From assembly GCA_036339875.1 (NCBI GenBank), contig JAYZAC010000147.1, positions 1 to 29,791 of the forward strand: a DNA stretch of 29,791 bases, given 5' to 3'. Origin of the DNA: a bacterium (GTDB lineage: Bacteria > Muiribacteriota > UBA6191). Each line of letters starts with the position of its first letter. The stretch's first letter is position 1. Made by a program: the position numbers and the translations under genes. A model generated the notes under the pieces. It was not told the origin of the DNA and ran no database searches. It worked only from the letters and a program-made list of their open reading frames with translations. Shown in pieces: positions 18,636-25,875 of the stretch.

Positions 18636-19286
18636 TTAACCTTGTGGGACATCAATTCTTAATAACATGTTTATTGGTCTGGGAAATACCGTTAAGTTTG
18701 CCCGCAGAGGGACTACCATCTCGCGCCCATCACTAGTTTTAGTAAGTTTCGCAGTATCAAAATACTCCAGCTCTACATCCACTTTATGCTTTTGGATCAA
18801 GATTTGTTCGGTCTTATCGGTTTGCCTAGCATGAAAGCCTAATATTTGAGTATTACCACCCAAAAACAATCGTTCAGTAACGAGCTGATTTCCATTCTTA
18901 AATTCTTTGTAAAGGATTGCTTTTTTCTCACGCAGATATTCATATTGTACGGTATAACCAGGATAGTCATGTATATTTGTACGACCCATTTGGATCACCA
19001 AAATATCATTGCGAACACCGCTGAACTGATGATCACCAATGGGTGACTCATCCATTCCTTGGGGGCCAGTGGGCACGTATACTTTAACAGCGCCCTTCAA
19101 CTCTTGTCTTATCTTGGTCATAAGCAATCTTACAGCTTGCTGACCCCGGGCTTTCTGAATCAGCTTGACAAGTCGAATTTGATAGGTACCGTGCATAAAA
19201 TAAAATGCACTAAGGATAAACATAGCCAGTAAAAAACCTACAAGGAGTTCAATTAGTGTGAAGCCATTTCGATAACGCTTATCCAC
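18636..19286 (-). CDS. Prepilin-type protein (PilW/GspJ-like minor pilin)
   Basis: Class III signal peptide RNG|FTLIELLV with Glu5, long helix, C-terminal LTVFPR strand. Confidence 0.82.
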   Translation of the reverse strand: MDKRYRNGFTLIELLVGFLLAMFILSAFYFMHGTYQIRLVKLIQKARGQQAVRLLMTKIRQELKGAVKVYVPTGPQGMDESPIGDHQFSGVRNDILVIQMGRTNIHDYPGYTVQYEYLREKKAILYKEFKNGNQLVTERLFLGGNTQILGFHARQTDKTEQILIQKHKVDVELEYFDTAKLTKTSDGREMVVPLRANLTVFPRPINMLLRIDVPQG

Positions 19287-19755
19287 TTGTGTGCTCCACG
19301 TACAGAGAGGTCAATCTGACTTCCTCTTTCTTTGATTTATCCATCACACTTTCCCAACGAACTACTATCGTGCATTGCCGCATGGATTTATTTTCATTAT
19401 CAGAAACCTTAGTATTTTCGGTTTCAGCCAAGGGTTGAATAAAAATACCAATTGCAAATTTATCTTCATAAACATGTCCGAAAACTAGATTACGACGAGC
19501 ATTATCACCTTTGTAAAGCAGTTGCCTTAATTCCTGTACTGAATAAGGATTTTCACGAGGTGGTAAAACTGAAAACTCAGTACCTCGAACTACCTCCATC
19601 AAATCAGCCGCAGCTAAAACCGCATAGTTTTTATCAGAACTCTTATAGACTCCTTTCTGACCAATACTCAACATGGGAAAAATAGCTGTGATCATTATCG
19701 TTGCTATTGTAATGGTGGCCAAAATCTCGATTAGGGTAAATCCACTATTTTTCAT
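19279..19755 (-). CDS. Prepilin-type protein (PilV/GspI-like minor pilin)
   Basis: NSG|FTLIEILA; AVLAAADLMEVVR...F; TIVVRW in the C-terminal strand. Confidence 0.82.
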   Translation of the reverse strand: MKNSGFTLIEILATITIATIMITAIFPMLSIGQKGVYKSSDKNYAVLAAADLMEVVRGTEFSVLPPRENPYSVQELRQLLYKGDNARRNLVFGHVYEDKFAIGIFIQPLAETENTKVSDNENKSMRQCTIVVRWESVMDKSKKEEVRLTSLYVEHTSG

Positions 19756-22377
19756 TTACCAAGCAGCCTTCCATGAGTATTTTTTAATCTCATCAGTTAA
19801 CGCCACCCAATAGTAATCTTTTCGTTCACTGCGACTCAATTTGCTCATAGAATATGAAGGGTCAAATTTTACAACACCCCCAACCTTTGATCGAGCAAGA
19901 TCGAACTCACTACTTCCGAGGGTACCGTGGAGCGTGAAATGTCTGGTAGATGTCGGCGGATTCATAAAACTGTACAAAGTGGCCTCCACCAAGTCATTAG
20001 TCTCAAATTGAATTCCGCCTAAAGCCACAACAGTCAAAAGTGGTGCATCTTTGCCCCATTGAGGTTTGATTTTACTGCTATCTTTAGTTGTGTATTTACG
20101 AACTCCAACATCAAAAATCACTTCCCCAAAAGTAATAATTATACTTTTACCTTTGTATCTTACATATTTTTTACCATCTGCAAGTAGTTCGCTAAACCGG
20201 AGGGGTCTGGCTGTTCCAGTAATATAGATCACACCATTGATATCAAGTATTCCATCTTTCTCATTAAAATATTTCTTTCGCATGACATTGACGCCTTCGC
20301 CCTTTTTTCCTCCTCGAAAGTCATAAATTGACGAAATATAATCTGTTGCTTTTCTGTAATACAGAAAAGGATTAAAGCTTTTCAAAGGAACATTATCATC
20401 AAGAAGTCCTTTTAACGGTGATACATACTCTCCACCCCACTCTTGATCTACCTTTTGATCCAAAGGGTTATCAAGAACGGTTAGACCTGTCTGGGAAATT
20501 TTAGGTATACCCTTTTCAGGATCTAGCATAAATTTTTTGAACGGAGAGTCATTTTCAGTAATTCGTAAATAATTCATAATGGAATTATTGTATGGTGCCA
20601 GCGTAGCACCTTTAGGAATATGGTTTTCAAAATCTTTACCAAAATACTGCAGACTATATTTCCTCATCTTTTCGAAGAATTTGAAAAAAATTGGAGATCG
20701 CATCCCCTCCGGTAAATCTAAAAAATCCTCAAAGGTATCATCTGACCAACCAATAGCTTTAAATTTAGCTCGGTCAGATTCGGTGAAAGACTCTTTCAGT
20801 TTTTCTTGAGGAATATCATCAAGAAATCCCGCAGGTAACTCTGGAATTGGATATTGACCGGGCCCTAGAAAACCAACTTTAACAGTCTTCAGCAGGTCGC
20901 CACCTAAATCTGAAATACCATCCCAGACGGAAGCCCACCAACTTTTGTTTGAATTTTCCCGATCTTTGCGCGCCTTCCACACTTCTTTCAATTCATCCAT
21001 ACGCGTGTATTTATAGTCCATCACTCGAAAATAAGAAGCTAAAACATTCCCGTAGACAACGGTGGGGCTTATCCTTAAATGATAAGTATCATTAACGAAA
21101 GATCTGACCATTTCATCATATGCGTCGGAAGCAGCCTTAACAATCTTACCAAACCATCCAGACTCATCATCCTCCTGATTCAGTACGCCCGGTTTATATT
21201 CAACACGACCAAATAAATCTAAACCAGATTTTGAGGGATTCTTTCGACTAACTTCACCATCCCAACTACTTTCAAAAGCTTCCATGTAACGTAAGTATCC
21301 AGATCGTTTTTTACCATTCACCTCATAATCATCCCTAGCCCGCACCTCGTAACCATAACCAACAGGGCGAGTGAAGATTTTTCCAGAGGCAGGAAGTACC
21401 TCCTCCAGAATTACTTTTTCTTCTTCACTCATACTGGCCCCAACCTTGGTCAAAAATTCATCTTTCTGTTCAAGATCCATTGGTAAAAAAGGTGGTAATA
21501 GCTCTGACTCTGCACTAAAAAAAGCATTTTGAAGCATACCCGATTCGCGGTTACCGTTGGTCAGCGGAACCACAGAAGAATTCATAAAAACCCGACCCGG
21601 AGGTACCTCGCCTTGCATAATTGTCGTATCAAAACCAGCGGTAAGCTCTTCTATATCGTAATCTGATTTGTTAAATACATAATCCCAACTATGGTCGAGT
21701 ACAACACTTTTCTGTTCTTTACGGTCGTCGGCAAAGTCCATACCTAGTTTGGAAGACCAATAAGACTGTAGCGGAAAACTAGGGTCGTTTACGAATAATG
21801 TAAAAACACTAAGGGGAGCGATTGTGGTATTGACGACTTTAAGCGATCTAGTGACTGCGAGATTTTTTTTGTAGCCCTCATAAATCACTTCTACCAGAAC
21901 CTCCAAAACAGCATCTTTTTCTACTTTATCAACTTTTATTCCCAGTTTCGGCTTCTGGGTGTCGCGCTCTCTTGGATTTATATTTAGAGGCTGAATATCT
22001 TTGATTCTTGCCATTACAACAGCAGAGCATTTTTTTTGAAATGACTCGCATAATTTTTTTGAATTAGGAACTAAATATTTCGATATATATTCTGTAGATT
22101 CAAGTTCAATAACAGAATCAATTGAAGATTCCTCACGTAATTTATCGTAGATTCCACCGATGGGCCCAGAACTACCTGCATTCATCGTCTTATCCACATT
22201 GTGAAAAAATTCATCTACAAACGACTCTCCGATACTGAGTGCGATCTCTGAACGATAGGCCAACTGCGTGGCATGACTTTCATCGATACTCATATCTATT
22301 AAAGTACCAGCAATACCCGCTAGGACACTGAGCACGATCATGACCACATAGAATATGCTTCCGCGCCTCTTACTCAT
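19756..22377 (-). CDS. Large PilX/GspK-like pilin-domain protein (873 aa)
   Basis: KRRG|SIFYVVMIVLSVLAGI is a class III-like signal lacking Glu5, then a helix with AL.I.ES; translationally coupled to the minor pilins. Confidence 0.7.
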   Translation of the reverse strand: MSKRRGSIFYVVMIVLSVLAGIAGTLIDMSIDESHATQLAYRSEIALSIGESFVDEFFHNVDKTMNAGSSGPIGGIYDKLREESSIDSVIELESTEYISKYLVPNSKKLCESFQKKCSAVVMARIKDIQPLNINPRERDTQKPKLGIKVDKVEKDAVLEVLVEVIYEGYKKNLAVTRSLKVVNTTIAPLSVFTLFVNDPSFPLQSYWSSKLGMDFADDRKEQKSVVLDHSWDYVFNKSDYDIEELTAGFDTTIMQGEVPPGRVFMNSSVVPLTNGNRESGMLQNAFFSAESELLPPFLPMDLEQKDEFLTKVGASMSEEEKVILEEVLPASGKIFTRPVGYGYEVRARDDYEVNGKKRSGYLRYMEAFESSWDGEVSRKNPSKSGLDLFGRVEYKPGVLNQEDDESGWFGKIVKAASDAYDEMVRSFVNDTYHLRISPTVVYGNVLASYFRVMDYKYTRMDELKEVWKARKDRENSNKSWWASVWDGISDLGGDLLKTVKVGFLGPGQYPIPELPAGFLDDIPQEKLKESFTESDRAKFKAIGWSDDTFEDFLDLPEGMRSPIFFKFFEKMRKYSLQYFGKDFENHIPKGATLAPYNNSIMNYLRITENDSPFKKFMLDPEKGIPKISQTGLTVLDNPLDQKVDQEWGGEYVSPLKGLLDDNVPLKSFNPFLYYRKATDYISSIYDFRGGKKGEGVNVMRKKYFNEKDGILDINGVIYITGTARPLRFSELLADGKKYVRYKGKSIIITFGEVIFDVGVRKYTTKDSSKIKPQWGKDAPLLTVVALGGIQFETNDLVEATLYSFMNPPTSTRHFTLHGTLGSSEFDLARSKVGGVVKFDPSYSMSKLSRSERKDYYWVALTDEIKKYSWKAAW

Positions 22378-22873
22378 CTAACCCCATCCCTTTTCGATTA
22401 ATTTGATCCATGATGGATTTGATAGCTGACTTCTCCGTAAGATGAGCCTTGAATGCTGCTCCTCCCTGCTGGGATTTTAAATGATTTAGAAAATATTCCG
22501 AATACAATTTTGCTTTCTCTTGATTTCCTTTTTTCCGATAAATCTGCGAAATAAAAAAAGAAAGTTCCATACGACGCTTGTTGTCGCGAGGCTCCAATGC
22601 ATCGTACAAATCTTCAGCAAAATATAATAGATTTTCGGGCTTGGAAAACTTACTGCGCTTTTTGAAGTCTAGCCACTTTTCTTCAATTGTTCTTGGTGTA
22701 TATTCATCCGTTTCTAATAACTCTATCTCAGACTCTGCGGGTTCATTAATATCTTCGATAGAGTCTAGATCACTAATTTTCACGCCCTCAATTACTGAGG
22801 GTTTCAAAGTAGACTTTTCTTGGGAACAGCAACCACTTAAAATCACAACTATGACAATCAAACCACGCAACAT
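22370..22873 (-). CDS. Putative lipoprotein with acidic linker and a TPR-like helical hairpin
   Basis: MLRGLIVIVVILSGC lipobox; ELSFFISQIYRKKGNQEKAKLY; overlaps the start of the PilX-like gene. The ORF is open to GTG at 22879. Confidence 0.7.
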   Translation of the reverse strand: MLRGLIVIVVILSGCCSQEKSTLKPSVIEGVKISDLDSIEDINEPAESEIELLETDEYTPRTIEEKWLDFKKRSKFSKPENLLYFAEDLYDALEPRDNKRRMELSFFISQIYRKKGNQEKAKLYSEYFLNHLKSQQGGAAFKAHLTEKSAIKSIMDQINRKGMGLDE

Positions 22874-22966
22874 GCTCACATTATACCCAAATTGTACGTT
22901 TATAGTTTTAAGATTCTAAGGTAACTTACTTGCCATTCATCAACATTTGACCGATAGTCCAAAAAA

Positions 22967-23749
22967 ATGCGCCTTTTTGTTTATTTTTTAATAATTATAT
23001 TTCTCGTTCCTGCAATCTATGGTAGCGACGCTCATAACCTTTTTCTTGATGCATTTAAGAATTATCGAAAAAGTGAATTTGAAAAATCTGTTCCCTTGCT
23101 CAAAAAGAGTATTGAAAGAGACCCAAATTTTCCTGAAGCTTATTTTTTATTGAGTCGTACTTATTTCAAATTAGGAAAACCAAGAATAGCGATTCAAACT
23201 TTTAAGAAGGGCTTAAGACTGAAACGCAAAATCAAAGAGCATATGGATTTTATACAATCTGAGAAAGCATTAGACGTACCTACTGGACTTGATTCTATAT
23301 CTTTTCAATCAGTCCGTCGTATTCAAGAAGCTCGTAAAGCTTATTACCAAGGACGGGCCGCAATGCAAAAAGGCCACTGGTATGAATCTATTGAATTTTT
23401 TGAAAGAGCTGCGGCTCTCGATAATGAGCAAACTACTTATCTTAATGCTCTCGGTTATGCCTTACTAGATATCCAAGATTTATTTTCGTCTATGGAAGTT
23501 TTTGAACGTTCATTGAAACTCAATCCCTTTCAAAGGGATATTTATGAGAAAATTGTCCGACTCAATGGTGAGCTAAATTATCCTCACCGAGCCTTGAAAT
23601 GGGTCAAACGAGGTCGCAGATATTTTCCTGCCGACCCCTATTTCAAAGACAGAGAATTGTATTATGATTACCGTTCTCGATTGGCGGGCATAGATTATGA
23701 CAAAGAAATCCAAGAAGAAGATCAATCAGCAGAATTACGCAGTCAATAA
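22967..23749 (+). CDS. Secreted TPR-repeat protein
   Basis: Signal peptide; TPRs DPNFPEAYFLLSRTYFKLGK and YLNALGYALLDI...FERSLKLNP. Confidence 0.85.
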   Translation: MRLFVYFLIIIFLVPAIYGSDAHNLFLDAFKNYRKSEFEKSVPLLKKSIERDPNFPEAYFLLSRTYFKLGKPRIAIQTFKKGLRLKRKIKEHMDFIQSEKALDVPTGLDSISFQSVRRIQEARKAYYQGRAAMQKGHWYESIEFFERAAALDNEQTTYLNALGYALLDIQDLFSSMEVFERSLKLNPFQRDIYEKIVRLNGELNYPHRALKWVKRGRRYFPADPYFKDRELYYDYRSRLAGIDYDKEIQEEDQSAELRSQ

Positions 23750-24185
23750 GAAAGCACGCGCTGAATTCGCAATTTCCGAGACGATTGAAGTTGGAATTCA
23801 ATTAGTAGGTAGTGAGACAAAATCAATAAAGACTGGCGGGGCTGTACACCTCAAAGAGGCTTTTGTAAGAATCATGAAAGGTGAAATTTTTCTGATTAAT
23901 GCATACATAGCGCCTTACGAAAATGCTAGCTGGGAATCTCATAATGAAACACGTACTCGCAAACTCCTTATGCATAAAAAAGAAATAATTCGGTTTTGGA
24001 GTAAAGCTCAGGAAAAAGGCTTAACACTGGTACCACTTAGAATGTATCCAAAAGCACATCTTATAAAGCTTGAGATCGGTTTAGGCAAAGGTAAAAAAGC
24101 TTTCGAAAAGCGAGATGACTTAAAAAAGCGTAGTGTTCAGCGAGACCTGAATCGTGACTTCAAACAAAGTCAAATTAAAGTTTAA
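23697..24185 (+). CDS. smpB: SsrA-binding protein SmpB
   Basis: NKKAR..F...ETIEVGIQLVGSETKSI, L.NAYIAPY, RTRKLLMHKKEI, GLTLVPL, IGLGKGKK..EKR. Confidence 0.96.
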   Translation: MTKKSKKKINQQNYAVNKKARAEFAISETIEVGIQLVGSETKSIKTGGAVHLKEAFVRIMKGEIFLINAYIAPYENASWESHNETRTRKLLMHKKEIIRFWSKAQEKGLTLVPLRMYPKAHLIKLEIGLGKGKKAFEKRDDLKKRSVQRDLNRDFKQSQIKV

Positions 24186-24262
24186 AGGCTCATTGATAAC
24201 ATCTCAAATCAATCGTCGCTTGCTTTTTTTGCAAGCTGCACATAATCTTGAAATTCTCGATT

Positions 24263-24838
24263 ATGCGTATGATTATTTACTTGTTATTAAGCTTTTATTT
24301 TTTACTCGAAAATCCATCGGTATTAAGGTCTTTGGATTTCACCTGGCTACCCTTCTTTGCTCCGGGTATTCTAGTGGGTTTAATAAGTTTCTATCTATTA
24401 CACAAGCATGAGTTGACTCGAAAATTAATTGCTTGGCTACTTTTGATTGCACCCCTATTTAAACCCATTCAGAATCAATGTACTCAGCTACCCGGGGAGA
24501 CATGGGCGCTATTAAGTTTCATTGGCGGCTATTTTTGTATATTTTTTTATCTCGAAAAAAAATTTACTAACAATAAACTTGAACTCATTTTGTGGGAATC
24601 AAGTTCCATAAAATCAGCAGGTCTTAAACACTTTTTTTACGAAATTTTTAGTGACATACTTATTTATTTGCAACTTGTGCTTGGTCTTCTGATCGTTCTC
24701 AGTTTCGGTCTCATACAACATCTTGTAAGCTCCCATAGTTTACTATTAAACCCATGGATTGATGGATCAATCAACTTACTGATTGCTGTATTTATAATCG
24801 GTTTAATGGAACCTTTGGAGGTACAGACATGCGAATAA
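24263..24838 (+). CDS. Multi-pass membrane protein, possibly a highly degenerate ABC-importer permease
   Basis: About 5-6 hydrophobic segments; LWESSSIKSAGLKHFFYEIF resembles the EAA loop (LEEAA.IDGA...IF..I). The ORF is open to TTG at 24248. Confidence 0.55.
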   Translation: MRMIIYLLLSFYFLLENPSVLRSLDFTWLPFFAPGILVGLISFYLLHKHELTRKLIAWLLLIAPLFKPIQNQCTQLPGETWALLSFIGGYFCIFFYLEKKFTNNKLELILWESSSIKSAGLKHFFYEIFSDILIYLQLVLGLLIVLSFGLIQHLVSSHSLLLNPWIDGSINLLIAVFIIGLMEPLEVQTCE

Positions 24839-25734
24839 AATGGCTCAGTTATTCGCTTGAGATCGAACAAGACAGCGTCGTGCATGTTCAACAAGACCGA
24901 AGCCCTTTTCAAGTTGATTTTGAAGGTTTCAGATCCAAATTACTCGTTAACAAACAACAATTAAACACTTGGCAACAGATGACTCTTGAGAAGATTTACC
25001 AGAGTAGTAAATGTAACTTCGAAGAATTGAAACAATACCTCAAAGATTCGCCTTTTGCGAGTATTTTACGTACGAAATTCGGAAGAATATCAAGACAGGA
25101 TCAATTGCGAGTGATTAAAGATTTGGCAATTTTAAGTGATGTGGACGTGATTCACCTTAAAGAACCTTCAAGATTCTTCCTAGACTATGACATTGATCAA
25201 TTTACCTTTGGGCTAGACCGACCATGCGTTATAGAGTCTATTCAACATTGTAGATTCAAAAGTTCTAGTTGGCGAGTTGGTATTGATGGTTCTATCAACT
25301 TACAAAAATGTCTACCTGAATCAATTGAAGATCTCGTCTACTTTGATAGTAAATGTAGATTTCAAGCCCAATTGCTACAAGAAGACCAGCAAACCTGTAT
25401 GAAAATCGGAAACTTAAATTTCCCTTTGGATAGTGAACAACTATCCCAATTAATGGGTCTAATGAACCAAGATCTGGTGATTGCGCTGAATGCACAAGAT
25501 TTTGAAGTTTCCAAAAAGCAAAAAAGTGGATTCCTCAAAATAAATATCATAAAGCAAAGTTTTCGCTGTGGTAAATGGCTACAAAGCTTAGAAGTACATG
25601 ACCAGATACTAACCAGATCATCCAATAGTAGATCACGTACGCCTTTTTTATACTTAAGACCAGATTTAAGATCGAGCTGGATTTTCTCTGCCGATTCTAG
25701 AAAACTTGTCTATCCATCTAGTCCTGCCGAATAA
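24829..25734 (+). CDS. Hypothetical protein resembling a degenerate MalK/UgpC-type ABC ATPase with C-terminal TOBE-like region
   Basis: GGAGG Shine-Dalgarno at 24817-24821. LRTKFGRISRQDQLRVIKDLAILSDVDVIHLKEP aligns by eye to L.R.P.QLSGGQ.QRVA..RA....P...LLDEP. No Walker A motif. Confidence 0.55.
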   Translation: MRIKWLSYSLEIEQDSVVHVQQDRSPFQVDFEGFRSKLLVNKQQLNTWQQMTLEKIYQSSKCNFEELKQYLKDSPFASILRTKFGRISRQDQLRVIKDLAILSDVDVIHLKEPSRFFLDYDIDQFTFGLDRPCVIESIQHCRFKSSSWRVGIDGSINLQKCLPESIEDLVYFDSKCRFQAQLLQEDQQTCMKIGNLNFPLDSEQLSQLMGLMNQDLVIALNAQDFEVSKKQKSGFLKINIIKQSFRCGKWLQSLEVHDQILTRSSNSRSRTPFLYLRPDLRSSWIFSADSRKLVYPSSPAE

Positions 25735-25845
25735 ACAAAGTTTTATAAAAAAACAAACGATGGAACCTTACTTAGGAGCAAATACTCTAAAGAACAACGA
25801 CCTCTTCTATTTGATCACTTTGCCATAGGGCAAAATAGCAAAAAT

Positions 25846-25865
25846 TGATATAATCAGCGAGGGAG
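25846..25865 (+). promoter_or_regulatory. Extended -10 promoter and Shine-Dalgarno for the second pilin cassette
   Basis: TG-A-TATAAT at 25846-25854, GAGGGAG at 25859-25865, ATG at 25876. A short inverted repeat TTTGCC-ATAG-GGCAAA lies at 25819-25834. Confidence 0.6.
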
Positions 25866-25875
25866 TCTAGGTTTA

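Noticed and set aside
24218..24236. Inverted repeat GCTTGC-T7-GCAAGC after smpB as a terminator
   Set aside because: The stem is short and there is no following U-tract, which is too weak to call.
24186..25875. Possible tmRNA (ssrA) next to smpB
   Set aside because: No tRNA-Ala-like ends (GGGG...GGTTCGA...CCACCA) were seen, and the space is filled by two ORFs.
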